Shown here: piece after piece, positions 1 through 12,723 of the stretch
Numbering within the stretch: the first letter of the stretch is position 1
How the letters are laid out: each line of letters begins with the position of its first letter
Source: Candidatus Kerfeldbacteria bacterium RIFCSPLOWO2_02_FULL_42_19
GTDB taxonomy: Bacteria > Patescibacteriota > Patescibacteriia > HO2-48-17
Length of the DNA: 64,000 bases
Direction: 5' to 3'
Assembly (NCBI GenBank): GCA_001818315.1
Contig: MHKF01000012.1
Span: 23,976-87,975, forward strand
Notes under the pieces: generated by a model
The model's input: the letters and a program-made list of their open reading frames with translations, nothing else
Databases searched by the model: none
What the model was told of the DNA's origin: nothing
Program-made: the position numbers and the translations under genes

Positions 1-840
1 CAAGTGGATACGCTTGGGAATAATAGCAACGCTACTGCGGTGCGGATCAAGTTTAATAAACAAGATCGTATTCTGGCTGCGCCGGCTATTTCCGGTGGTC
101 CGCAAGTGCGTGTGTTTAATGAAAAAGGAAAACTTCTGCATCAATTTTTTGCCTATAGTGAAAGTTTTCGCGGTGGTGTTCGATTAGCCTCTTGTGATCT
201 TGACGGCAACGGCAATGCTGAAGTTATTACTGCACCTGGTCTCGGCGGCGGCCCGCAAGTGCGGGTATTCGATATGAATGGGAAAACGAAATTTACTCAA
301 GGATTTTTCGCCTACCCGAGTAATTTTAAGGGCGGTGTTTTTGTAGCTTGCGGTGACCTCGACGGCGACGGTCGTGCCGAGATTATTACTGGCACTGGCG
401 CAGGCGGCGGCCCGCAAGTGCGCGTGTTCGATAAGTCAGGGAATACGCGTTTTACTCCCGGTTTCTTTCCATACGATAGTAAGTTCCGCGGAGGCGTACG
501 TGTTGCTTCGGGAGATGTGAATGGTGATGGTATCGCAGAAATTATTACTGCACCTGGTCCTGGCGGCGGCCCACAGGTACGTCTTTTTGATCGCACTGGA
601 AAACCTGTGCTGGTAGCCGGTGGGTTTATGGCTTATGCGAGTAGTTTTAAGGGTGGCGTGAATCTTGCGATCGGCGATATTGATCAGGATGGAGCAGAGG
701 AGATCATCACCGGGGTTGGTGCTTCTGGATCACCACTGGTGCGAGCGTTTCATTACAAGGGTACGACTATCGAAAGTGAATTTTCTGCTTTTGACCAATC
801 CTTTAAGGGTGGTATTGTTGTTGCTGGAGGTTTTGAATAA
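1..840 (+). CDS. FG-GAP/VCBS-type beta-propeller repeat protein, 5' truncated by the window edge
   Basis: The ORF runs from the window edge. Four to five tandem ~60-aa repeats carry D-x-D-x-DG-x-AE-IITG-G-GGGPQVRVF motifs (integrin-alpha FG-GAP-like Ca-binding blades). The same module occurs at the C-terminus of the 49770..54305 protein. Confidence 0.7.
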   Translation, partial: QVDTLGNNSNATAVRIKFNKQDRILAAPAISGGPQVRVFNEKGKLLHQFFAYSESFRGGVRLASCDLDGNGNAEVITAPGLGGGPQVRVFDMNGKTKFTQGFFAYPSNFKGGVFVACGDLDGDGRAEIITGTGAGGGPQVRVFDKSGNTRFTPGFFPYDSKFRGGVRVASGDVNGDGIAEIITAPGPGGGPQVRLFDRTGKPVLVAGGFMAYASSFKGGVNLAIGDIDQDGAEEIITGVGASGSPLVRAFHYKGTTIESEFSAFDQSFKGGIVVAGGFE

Positions 841-867
841 TAGATTTGAGTTTGGTAATAATGCTTT

Positions 868-1215
868 ATGTTCCGTCCCGTTTCTATTACAGGTTTTATA
901 TTTTTAGGATTTTTTATTTTGAGTGGATGCCAAAAGCAACAGCAAACACGTCCACCGGAAAAAGCTTTGCAAGCGGCGCAGGAACTTTATGCGCAGGCGG
1001 TTGACGCTGATGCCGATCTTTCGTCCGGACCATGTCTTTCCAATGGTCTTTTTTCCGGCGTCTCACCAGAAGACCAATGGGTTGTTGATATCGTACACGC
1101 TCCGCGTCTTGATATCGATAATCTTCCAGCGAATCAATGTGCAGCCTACCGTAATGGCGAAGCGAAACATTTTATTGAACTCGATCTTGACGGAAAGCTT
1201 ATAAAGTTTTTTTAA
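868..1215 (+). CDS. small lipoprotein, hypothetical
   Basis: N-terminal hydrophobic signal ending in the lipobox LSGC; 115 aa with no recognisable domain. Confidence 0.5.
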   Translation: MFRPVSITGFIFLGFFILSGCQKQQQTRPPEKALQAAQELYAQAVDADADLSSGPCLSNGLFSGVSPEDQWVVDIVHAPRLDIDNLPANQCAAYRNGEAKHFIELDLDGKLIKFF

Positions 1216-1220
1216 CAGTA

Positions 1221-1248
1221 ACAGGGAGTCTCAGATGAGAATCCCTGT
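1221..1248. terminator. stem-loop between convergent genes, putative bidirectional terminator
   Basis: ACAGGGA...TCCCTGT inverted repeat (7-bp stem). It lies between the stop at 1215 (+) and the stop of the minus-strand small ORF at 1292. Confidence 0.4.
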
Positions 1249-1291
1249 CCTTTAAAGTTCCTCAATTTTTTCACTGGTAGTTTTCATTCGC

Positions 1292-1462
1292 TTAGTACCA
1301 CTTTGGTGTGTAATCCTTGGTACCTTTAGACCGTCGTTTGTATCCGCCGTGGTTGTCACGTTTTCGTCGAACGATTCCGGTAGCCTTGCAACGTTCACAC
1401 CATTTGTAAAGTGGTTTTTCGGCGCGACATTGTGGACATGTTTTATACCTTTCTTTCATCAT
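1292..1462 (-). CDS. small basic zinc-ribbon protein, 56 aa, absent from the ORF track (<60 aa)
   Basis: Translation MMKERYKTCPQCRAEKPLYKWCERCKATGIVRRKRDNHGGYKRRSKGTKDYTPKWY has a CxxC-x12-CxxC arrangement and is Lys/Arg-rich. A strong SD AAGGAGA sits 6 nt upstream of ATGATG, and the hairpin at 1221..1248 is downstream. Confidence 0.5.
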   Translation of the reverse strand: MMKERYKTCPQCRAEKPLYKWCERCKATGIVRRKRDNHGGYKRRSKGTKDYTPKWY

Positions 1463-1639
1463 GAGTTTCTCCTTTCCTACTCACGTCTCCAGGTTGAACG
1501 TCATGTTTATGTCGTAGGTAGAATATATACTCACTGAATTTTTTTGCAAGGATACCAAGATGTACGATATAGAGTACGTTCTTTTTCAATCTCGTGCGAA
1601 TGTTTGATGATTGAGTGTTGTCCGTGTTAGACTCAGGAT

Positions 1640-2248
1640 ATGAAAATTCCAAAACAAGCACGATGTGTATTTCGTGGAGTCATTTTCGACGTGTATCAAT
1701 GGAAGCAGCGATTGTACGACGGTTCGACGGTTACTTTCGAACGTCTCAAGCGGCCGGACACTGTGCAGGTTATTGCAACCAGCGGCAAAAAAATTTTTAT
1801 TTCTGATGAAAAACAACCTGATCGTCCACGGTTTTTTTCCCTTTTTGGTGGCCGAATAGAAGTTGGTGAAACGCCTCTCGAAGCCGCGAAAAGGGAATTT
1901 TTTGAAGAATCGGGCATGGAATCGCCTGATTGGGAGTTTGTAAAATATTACGAACCCGTCGTAAAAATTGATTGGAAGATTCATTTGTTCATTGCGCGTC
2001 ATTGTGAACAAAAATCACGGCAGCAGTTAGAGGCAGGGGAAAGGATTCGCGTGCGAGCTGTTTCATTTCAGCAATTTTTCAATATTGTATTTTCTTCTAA
2101 ATTTCGTGGGGTAGAATTTTCCTATGACATGTTAAAAATGCGAACATTGCAACGGCGAGAATTTGAGGCGTTTCGCAGACATTTATTTGATGGGACTGTC
2201 GCCGAATACCGTTTTTTATACAATGTGCAAAACAAAAGAGGAGGATGA
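1640..2248 (+). CDS. NUDIX hydrolase
   Basis: Nudix box GGRIEVGETPLEAAKREFFEESGM (G-x5-E-x7-REUxEExGU). A possible promoter TTGCAA-18-TATAGA lies upstream (~1546..1575). The last ~19 codons and the stop lie inside repeat sequence (see 2192..2349). Confidence 0.8.
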   Translation: MKIPKQARCVFRGVIFDVYQWKQRLYDGSTVTFERLKRPDTVQVIATSGKKIFISDEKQPDRPRFFSLFGGRIEVGETPLEAAKREFFEESGMESPDWEFVKYYEPVVKIDWKIHLFIARHCEQKSRQQLEAGERIRVRAVSFQQFFNIVFSSKFRGVEFSYDMLKMRTLQRREFEAFRRHLFDGTVAEYRFLYNVQNKRGG

Positions 2249-2349
2249 TTCTCCTTTCTCAGCACACTGTGCAGTGTGAGTGTTTCGAAAGCGAGGGCTA
2301 TCCTCTTCTTTTGTTTTGTGTCTTGAACAAGAAAACATTCGGTGACCGT
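2192..2349. repeat. composite interspersed repeat: family-A left terminal inverted repeat (GGGACTGTCGCCGAATACC, 2192-2210), family-B hairpin element (2229-2318), and an A-right-TIR-like sequence CATTCGGTGACCG (2337-2349)
   Basis: Direct sequence matches to the elements at 54395..54616, 24671..24812, 20878..21041 and 36427..36588. The B core is CTCAGCACACTGTGCAGTGTGAGTGTTTCGAAAG. Confidence 0.7.
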
Positions 2350-2464
2350 TGATTCATCTGCTTGACTCTTGTGTGATTTCACAGTAGTTTGAGTATATTT
2401 GTCAGCTCATTTGCGTCGAAATATTTTTTTTCTGGTATAGAACCGGAAGGAAAGGAGGAAAAAC

Positions 2465-3217
2465 GTGAGGAATCAGAATTATTTTGATCTTTTGGCATTG
2501 TTCCGTACCTCGCCATTTGGAGAGGATCCGGAGCAGTGTCTTCCTGATCCGGGTGTAGTTTCACAATTCATGTCAACGCTTGTAGCGTACATTTCGAAGG
2601 CGAAGACTTCCTTGAAGATTGCTTCGGGTGAAGCTAATTTCCACCTTTACAGTGATCCGCAATTCCTACAAGTGTTGCGATTCCTTGCGCAACGCGGAGT
2701 TCGTATCGCGTTGGTTCTTGGTCCCGTGGTTTCTCGTGGATTGACGCAGAATTCTCCGGAGATGTTTCAGTTAACACAGGATGGTAGTCTTGAGATCTAT
2801 TATCGAGCACAGCGCGGTGGGACTGCCGAGGTATTCCTCTGTGATGATAGAGAAGCGTGGCTGTGTGATCGATGGTCGCCAGATTTTTGTTTTCAGACGC
2901 CTCCTGTGATTCGTCACCTTTCAGTCAAAAATACTCGTGACATGTTGCAGTTCAATGCTGTACTCCGGACCTTCAAGCATTTCATGGCTTTTCAAAATAG
3001 GGTCATCGATCCATGGAGCGACTTCTTGGTACTTCGACCATCGGAGATTCGTGCTCTTCGCGCAAGCCTTGATGTCCCTGAGATGTACGAGTCGCTGCAA
3101 TTGCAGGACCTTGTTTCTCTGCTGCGCGATGCTCGTAGGTTGGAACTGGAACGGAAACCACAAGGCTGGGCAGTTTCTATGAATGTTCACGCGTTCGATG
3201 CGAGTTCAGCAATGTAA
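2465..3217 (+). CDS. hypothetical protein
   Basis: 250-aa ORF with a GTG start preceded by AAGGAGG SD. I see no recognisable motif. Confidence 0.55.
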   Translation: MRNQNYFDLLALFRTSPFGEDPEQCLPDPGVVSQFMSTLVAYISKAKTSLKIASGEANFHLYSDPQFLQVLRFLAQRGVRIALVLGPVVSRGLTQNSPEMFQLTQDGSLEIYYRAQRGGTAEVFLCDDREAWLCDRWSPDFCFQTPPVIRHLSVKNTRDMLQFNAVLRTFKHFMAFQNRVIDPWSDFLVLRPSEIRALRASLDVPEMYESLQLQDLVSLLRDARRLELERKPQGWAVSMNVHAFDASSAM

Positions 3218-3345
3218 TTTTGAGCAGGCTGTCTCGAAACTCATAGCAGTTTTAAGACAGCCTGTTTCGCATTTTGACGACAGTGCAGGTATAGTAAAGG
3301 TGGACTTCTGTTTTAGGCTTATAGATTTTTTATTCCATTCAATCC

Positions 3346-4671
3346 ATGGTTTTTAAAGAATTATTTAAAAAAATAATTCCTGCAACAATTTTGAGCGCCT
3401 ATCATTTGATGCTTGCATGGGTTGCTGCAGTTTGGTATCGATTTCCTTCTCGTAGGCTTATTGTTATTGGCGTAACCGGTACGAAAGGAAAATCGACGAC
3501 GAGTTTTTTTATTACTAAACTTCTCGAAACACTCGGTGAATCTGTCGGGCTCTCGGGCACGATTATGTTTAAGGTTGGACGTCGCGAATGGCCGAATACT
3601 CTCAAGATGACGATGCCAGGTCGATTTCGTTTGCAGCGATTATTGCGGGATATGGTTCGTGCGGGTTGCGCGTTCGCTGTGATCGAGACAACTTCAGAAG
3701 GTATTGCTCAGCACCGGCATCGCGGCATCGACTATGACGTGCTTGTTTTTACAAATCTTTCTCCAGAGCATATCGAGCGACACGGGAGTTTTGAAGCGTA
3801 TAAGCGTGCTAAACAATCGTTGTTTCAGAATTTGCATCGTAGTTTTCATAAAAATCTTTTTTTCCATAAGCAAGTTCGGCGTATTCTTAAAGTTATCGTT
3901 GTGAATCGTGATGATCCTCATTTCGCTGGTTTTGTGCAATTTTCTGCTGATCAACACGTCGCTGTGAGTCTCTGTGATACAGCTGCTGCAATTTTTGCTC
4001 GCGATGTTATTTCAAATGACTCCGGCAATACATTTACCGTGGCCGATCAACATTTTACTTTGTCGTTACTTGGAGATTTTAATGTCATGAATGCTTTACT
4101 CACATTAGCCGTCGGTGCCGTGTTTGATTTTTCTTTAGAGCATATGAGGTTGGCGCTTGCGAAACTCCCGCAGATTCCAGGGCGTATGCAGCGCATTGAT
4201 GGAGGTCAGGATTTTACGGTGATTGTTGATTACGCTCATGAACCCAAAAGTATGGAAGCGTTGTTTCGTAATGCAAAGCGTCTACGAAAAAATCCGCAGA
4301 GTCGCATTATTACTCTGATAAGTTCTACCGGCGGTGGTCGAGATGTTGCACGTCGACCTATGCTCGGTAAACTCGCTGGTGGGTATGCGGATATTGTGAT
4401 TGTGACTGACGAAGATCCGTATGATGAGGATCCGAATGTTATTATGCAAGCGGTTGCAAGGGGTGTTGTCGAAGCTGGAAAAATACTCGGTCAAACTTTT
4501 TTCATTTTTCAAGATCGCAAGGAAGCTATTTTCGAAGCCATTCGTTTGGCTCGTAGTGGTGATGTAGTGCTTTTACCCGCAAAAGGCTCGGAACGAGTCA
4601 TGGCCGTAGCACATAATACACATATTCCGTGGAGCGACGAAGCTATCGCTCGAGAAGCTTTGAAAAAGTAG
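3346..4671 (+). CDS. murE: MurE-like Mur ligase (UDP-MurNAc-tripeptide synthetase family) that lacks the N-terminal UDP-binding domain and carries an N-terminal TM helix instead
   Basis: P-loop GVTGTKGKSTT. It matches E. coli MurE segment by segment: TMPGRFRLQRLLRDMVRAGC and FTNLSPEHIERHGSFEAYKRAK align with LQRLLAEMVDAGC and [22 protein letters not shown]. The C-terminal LLPAKGSE...SD motif is also MurE-like. The DNPR position reads DEDPY. An in-frame stop at 3322 rules out an upstream extension. Confidence 0.65.
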   Translation: MVFKELFKKIIPATILSAYHLMLAWVAAVWYRFPSRRLIVIGVTGTKGKSTTSFFITKLLETLGESVGLSGTIMFKVGRREWPNTLKMTMPGRFRLQRLLRDMVRAGCAFAVIETTSEGIAQHRHRGIDYDVLVFTNLSPEHIERHGSFEAYKRAKQSLFQNLHRSFHKNLFFHKQVRRILKVIVVNRDDPHFAGFVQFSADQHVAVSLCDTAAAIFARDVISNDSGNTFTVADQHFTLSLLGDFNVMNALLTLAVGAVFDFSLEHMRLALAKLPQIPGRMQRIDGGQDFTVIVDYAHEPKSMEALFRNAKRLRKNPQSRIITLISSTGGGRDVARRPMLGKLAGGYADIVIVTDEDPYDEDPNVIMQAVARGVVEAGKILGQTFFIFQDRKEAIFEAIRLARSGDVVLLPAKGSERVMAVAHNTHIPWSDEAIAREALKK

Positions 4672-4740
4672 TTTTTCTTTCATCATAGCTTCTTTTTACC
4701 CTTTCCGCTTCGTACTTGACATTTTTATTCCCGTTATTTC

Positions 4741-4769
4741 TTGACAGAGTTTTGAACTTGTTGTAAACT
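4741..4769 (+). promoter_or_regulatory. putative sigma70-like promoter upstream of rpoB (TTGACA-17-TAAACT)
   Basis: Hexamer spacing read directly from the sequence; there is a second TTGACA at 4716. I have no independent support for it. Confidence 0.3.
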
Positions 4770-4946
4770 TTTTACTAGCATAAGCCTTTATTCTTGGCAA
4801 ATCAACCACTCCATGTTTTCATTCTTCGCTTTGTTACGATGAGGAGCGGTCATTCCAGATTTCTTTAGAAACAGAAAACTGGCCTTTTTTATATTTTTAT
4901 TTCGATTTTCGTCGCAGCCCTTTTGTCTCATCATTAAATTCTCTCC

Positions 4947-8303
<3,357 letters not shown>

Positions 8304-8309
8304 CTATTC

Positions 8310-11300
8310 TTGAGACTTATGTTGGAAAACATTACACTTCGTGTTCAAGATTTTAAAGCGATTCGTTTGAAACTCGCGTCACCTGACGAGATACTTGATT
8401 GGTCTCATGGCGAAGTAACTCGACCTGAGACAATTAATTATCGCACACAACGGCCAGAACGTGATGGATTGTTTTGTGAACGTATTTTTGGTCCATCGAA
8501 AGATTGGGAGTGTTATTGTGGAAAGTATAAGAGGATTCGTTATAAGGGTATTGTTTGTGATAAGTGTGGTGTGGAAGTTACGCGTTCTGTTGTGCGACGT
8601 GAGCGCATGGGTCATATTCAACTTGCGGCGCCTGTGTCGCATATTTGGTTTCTCCGCGGTGTCCCTTCAAAAATTGGTTTTATTCTTGATCTCTCTGTAC
8701 AAGCGCTCGAAAAAGTTATCTATTTCGCGAATTTTATTATCACAAATGTTGATGAGACGCTGAAGGAAAAAACCCTTGTCCAGATTTATGATGAAGCCAA
8801 GTCAAAGCGACACAGTATCCAAGGTGAATATCAACAAACAGTGCAAGATATTGAAAAACGCAAAAAAGCAGCTTTACATCAAGCAACTGGAACGCAGCGC
8901 AAGACTCTTACGGAGGAATTTGAACAGGAGCTTATCAACGCTGCCGTTATGCGAGATGAAAAATTGAAGGATTTGGACACGGCTGTAGATCTTGCGAAGA
9001 AAGAACTTAAAAATCTTGAGTCTCTGCAAATTTTATCTGAAAGTGAATATCAAGATCTTTCTTTAAAGTATGGTCATGTATTTGAGGCTAGTATTGGCGC
9101 TGAAGCCATCCGGAAACTTTTGGAACACATTGATTTAGATAAGCTTACTCACGAACTTGCAGAAGCAATAATTGAGAGCGCTAAAAATCAAAAGCGTCGT
9201 CTTGTGCGTCGTTTGAAGTTTGTGCGTAGTCTCAGATTGAATAATATTCGTCCGGATTGGATGATTTTGACGATGTTGCCTGTGATTCCTCCCGATCTTC
9301 GTCCTATGGTGCAACTTGATGGCGGTCGTTTTGCTGCTTCCGATTTGAATGATTTATATCGCCGTGTGATTAATAGGAATAATCGTCTGAAGAGACTTCA
9401 GGAACTTAACGCGCCGGAAGTGATCCAGCGTAATGAAAAGCGTATGCTTCAAGAAGCCGTTGATGCACTCATTGATAACAGCGCCCGTCATGGGAAAACC
9501 GTTACAGCCTCTACAGGTCAAAAGCGGCAATTAAAATCACTTGCGGATATGCTCAAAGGCAAACAAGGTCGTTTTCGCCAGAATCTCCTTGGGAAGCGCG
9601 TAGACTATTCTGGGCGTTCAGTCATTGTTGTTGGTCCTCATTTGAAGCTCCATCAGTGTGGACTGCCGAAGACCATGGCGTTGGAACTTTTTAAGCCTTT
9701 TGTGATGAGTGAATTAATCAAACGCGAAATTGTTTACAATGTTCGGAGCGCAAATCGTTTTATTGAATCTGGCGACGGTCGTATTTGGGACATACTGGAA
9801 GAGATTACGAAGAAATCCTATGTCCTCCTGAATCGTGCTCCGACACTCCATCGATTGGGTATTCAAGCTTTTCAACCGATACTTATTGAGGGTAAGGCTA
9901 TTCAGATCCATCCACTTGTTTGTACGGCTTTTAATGCAGATTTTGATGGTGATCAAATGGCAGTGCATATTCCGCTGACAGCAGAAGCTCAAAAGGAAGC
10001 CGCTCAAATTATGCTTTCGTCAAAGAATTTGTTGAAGCCGGCAACGGGTGATCCGGTTGTTTCCCCGAGCCAAGATTTAGTTCTTGGTGTGTATTACATG
10101 ACAACATTTGCGCAGAAAGAACGTGCACATGTTTTTGAGAGTCCCATAGAGGCGTTGAATATGTATGCCCTGGGGCATATCGGTATTCAAACCCGCATCC
10201 GAGTTCGTATAGATCAGAAAATTATTGAAGATGACACACAATCTGATCTGAAGAAAGGCATTGTCCTCACTTCAGTTGGGAGAATACTTTTCAATCAAGT
10301 TTTACCAGAGAGCATGCAGTTTATCAATAAAACGCTTGATAAGAAAGGACTCCGTCAGGTGATTGCGGAATGTTTGCGTCTGCACGGACGTGAACGTACA
10401 GTGGAACTTTTGGATGCTATTAAGATGGCGAGTCTGACCTACTTAACGAGTTCTGGTCTGAGTTGGGGTATGGACGATTTGATGATCCCAAAGGAAAAAA
10501 CAGATATTGTGAGCGCAGCTGAGAAAGAAGTTGATGAGTTGCAGTCGCAGTATGACGCTGGTCTTTTGACCGACGAGGAGCGACATGCTCGTATTGTTGC
10601 AGTATGGACTCGTGTAAAGAATGACATCACCGACCTCAGTCAGAAAACGCTCGATCCATATGGTTCTGTGTATGCTATGATTAATTCCGGATCACGAGGT
10701 TCTTGGGGCCAAACGACGCAGATGATGGGTATGAAGGGACTTGTTGTTAGTCCTTCAGGTAGTACTATCGAATTGCCTGTGAAGCGGAGTTTTAAAGAAG
10801 GTTTTGATGTATTGGAATATTTTATTTCGACACACGGCGCTCGGAAAGGTTTGACGGATATTGCTTTACGTACTGCGAATGCAGGGTATCTTACTCGGCG
10901 TTTGGTGGATGTGGCACAAGATGTTGTGGTTATACAAGAAGATTGCGGCGATCGCGTTGGAATTACATGGCGGAAAGAGGAAGTCGGTGAAATGGGTCCT
11001 GCACTGGAAGATCGCGTGATTGGGCGTGTACTTGCTAAACCCATTCTTCATCCGAAGACAAAAAAAGAAGTATTGAAGGCCGGTGAACTCGTAACTTCTG
11101 AGCATAGTAAAATATTGAAGAAATTAGGTTTGAAAGAGGTTACGTTTCGCTCTGTTTTAACCTGCAAGACGTTACGAGGAATTTGTCAGCAATGTTATGG
11201 TTACGATTTAGGCCACAATACCTTAGTTGCACTCGGTACCGCTGTGGGTATTATTGCTGCACAAAGTATTGGTGAACCGGGCACCCAGTTGACTATGAGA

Positions 11301-12218
11301 ACCTTCCATACCGGCGGTGTTGCTGGAGCGGATATCACACAAGGATTACCACGTGTGGAAGAACTTTTTGAAGCCCGACCTATTAAGAGTGCTGGTATAC
11401 TTTCTGAAGTCGATGGCGAGGTTTTGGAAGTGAAAGAAGAAGGAAAGCAAAAGACCCTTGTGCTGCGTTATTCAAAACCCACTAAACAAGTCGTAACTAT
11501 TGCAAAGGGTGATAAGGTAGAGGTTAAAGATGGCGATCAAGTCCGTGTTGGTGACATCTTACTCAAACACGTTTCCGAAAATATTCCTGCGCATGTTGAT
11601 GGGAATGTTAAAATTGAAAATCGCCAGATCATGGTCTTTGGTACTGAAGAGAAAGTTGTGGAATATGCTCTTCCGATTGGCTTTGGTGTGAAGGTTGGAG
11701 TTGGAGATCTTGTAACTCAGGGTATGCAGCTTTCTGAAGGGAGTCTTGATCTTCATCAGCTTTACTTACTCCGAAGCAAACTTGACACACAGAAATATAT
11801 TATTAAAGAGATCCAATACATTTATGCTTCTCAGGGACAAGATCTGAACGATAAGCATCTTGAGGCTATCGTGCGTCAGATGTTTTCGCGATATTACATT
11901 AAGGACGCACGTGATACCGATATGATTACCGGTGATATTGTTGCTTTGCATCAAATCATTCGCGCGAATCAGAAGGTTAAAACTTCAGGAGGAAAAGAAG
12001 CTCTTACCGAACCTCTGTTGCTGGGTATTACAAAGGTTTCGCTTTCAACAGATAGCTTCTTAGCCGCTGCTTCGTTTATTGAAACTGCTAAAGTTCTCAT
12101 CGACGCCGCAATTTCCGGTAAAGTTGATGATTTGTCCGGGTTGAAAGAAAACGTTATTATCGGGAAACTTATTCCTGTCGGCACTGGCTTTGTGCCTCCT
12201 GTGAGTCAGGAAAAATAA
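8310..12218 (+). CDS. rpoC: DNA-directed RNA polymerase subunit beta'
   Basis: 1302 aa with the NADFDGDQMAVH catalytic motif and a Zn-binding Cys cluster near the N-terminus. It starts 6 nt after rpoB. Confidence 0.98.
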   Translation: MRLMLENITLRVQDFKAIRLKLASPDEILDWSHGEVTRPETINYRTQRPERDGLFCERIFGPSKDWECYCGKYKRIRYKGIVCDKCGVEVTRSVVRRERMGHIQLAAPVSHIWFLRGVPSKIGFILDLSVQALEKVIYFANFIITNVDETLKEKTLVQIYDEAKSKRHSIQGEYQQTVQDIEKRKKAALHQATGTQRKTLTEEFEQELINAAVMRDEKLKDLDTAVDLAKKELKNLESLQILSESEYQDLSLKYGHVFEASIGAEAIRKLLEHIDLDKLTHELAEAIIESAKNQKRRLVRRLKFVRSLRLNNIRPDWMILTMLPVIPPDLRPMVQLDGGRFAASDLNDLYRRVINRNNRLKRLQELNAPEVIQRNEKRMLQEAVDALIDNSARHGKTVTASTGQKRQLKSLADMLKGKQGRFRQNLLGKRVDYSGRSVIVVGPHLKLHQCGLPKTMALELFKPFVMSELIKREIVYNVRSANRFIESGDGRIWDILEEITKKSYVLLNRAPTLHRLGIQAFQPILIEGKAIQIHPLVCTAFNADFDGDQMAVHIPLTAEAQKEAAQIMLSSKNLLKPATGDPVVSPSQDLVLGVYYMTTFAQKERAHVFESPIEALNMYALGHIGIQTRIRVRIDQKIIEDDTQSDLKKGIVLTSVGRILFNQVLPESMQFINKTLDKKGLRQVIAECLRLHGRERTVELLDAIKMASLTYLTSSGLSWGMDDLMIPKEKTDIVSAAEKEVDELQSQYDAGLLTDEERHARIVAVWTRVKNDITDLSQKTLDPYGSVYAMINSGSRGSWGQTTQMMGMKGLVVSPSGSTIELPVKRSFKEGFDVLEYFISTHGARKGLTDIALRTANAGYLTRRLVDVAQDVVVIQEDCGDRVGITWRKEEVGEMGPALEDRVIGRVLAKPILHPKTKKEVLKAGELVTSEHSKILKKLGLKEVTFRSVLTCKTLRGICQQCYGYDLGHNTLVALGTAVGIIAAQSIGEPGTQLTMRTFHTGGVAGADITQGLPRVEELFEARPIKSAGILSEVDGEVLEVKEEGKQKTLVLRYSKPTKQVVTIAKGDKVEVKDGDQVRVGDILLKHVSENIPAHVDGNVKIENRQIMVFGTEEKVVEYALPIGFGVKVGVGDLVTQGMQLSEGSLDLHQLYLLRSKLDTQKYIIKEIQYIYASQGQDLNDKHLEAIVRQMFSRYYIKDARDTDMITGDIVALHQIIRANQKVKTSGGKEALTEPLLLGITKVSLSTDSFLAAASFIETAKVLIDAAISGKVDDLSGLKENVIIGKLIPVGTGFVPPVSQEK

Positions 12219-12243
12219 AATTTATTTTTATTCGACGCATCGT

Positions 12244-12723
12244 ATGCGCAATTTTACAAAAATTTTCGTTCCATCGATTCTTGTGAGTACCTTTGTTTTT
12301 GCTGGATGCAATCAGCAAACTACAGAGACAAACGCAGATGTCACTGTCGACGCCACATCCTCAACTTCTGTCGCTAACTCTTCTGCTGATAGCACTTCTA
12401 CGCTCAATTCGGATAGTGCTCGCGAGACGAAGAACACTTCGCAAGGCACCATGAAAGAATTTAAGGTTGTTGCCAAGCGTTTTGTTTTTGAACCGGCAAC
12501 ACTGCGAGTCAAAAAAGGAGATACGGTGCGATTGCAGATTACGAGTATGGATACCGATCACGGTTTTGCCATCGCTGAGTTTGGAGTGAATGCAACAATT
12601 CCTGCTGGTAAAACTGTGACCGTAGAGTTTGTTGCCGATAGGCAGGGCACGTTTACGACACAATGTTCGGTATTTTGTGGCACTGGACACCCTGATATGC
12701 AAGGTACATTGATCGTCGAATAA
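12244..12723 (+). CDS. CuA-type cupredoxin lipoprotein (cytochrome c oxidase subunit II-like domain)
   Basis: Lipobox FAGC. The motif H-x34-C-x3-C-G-x2-H-x2-M (DHGF...QCSVFCGTGHPDM) reproduces the CuA binuclear-site ligand spacing exactly. The stop TAA abuts the ATG of the next gene. Confidence 0.7.
   Translation: MRNFTKIFVPSILVSTFVFAGCNQQTTETNADVTVDATSSTSVANSSADSTSTLNSDSARETKNTSQGTMKEFKVVAKRFVFEPATLRVKKGDTVRLQITSMDTDHGFAIAEFGVNATIPAGKTVTVEFVADRQGTFTTQCSVFCGTGHPDMQGTLIVE

Noticed and set aside
1586-2011. 141-aa minus-strand ORF overlapping the NUDIX gene
   Set aside because: The NUDIX frame has a canonical Nudix box and a promoter and RBS context. The antisense ORF has no features.
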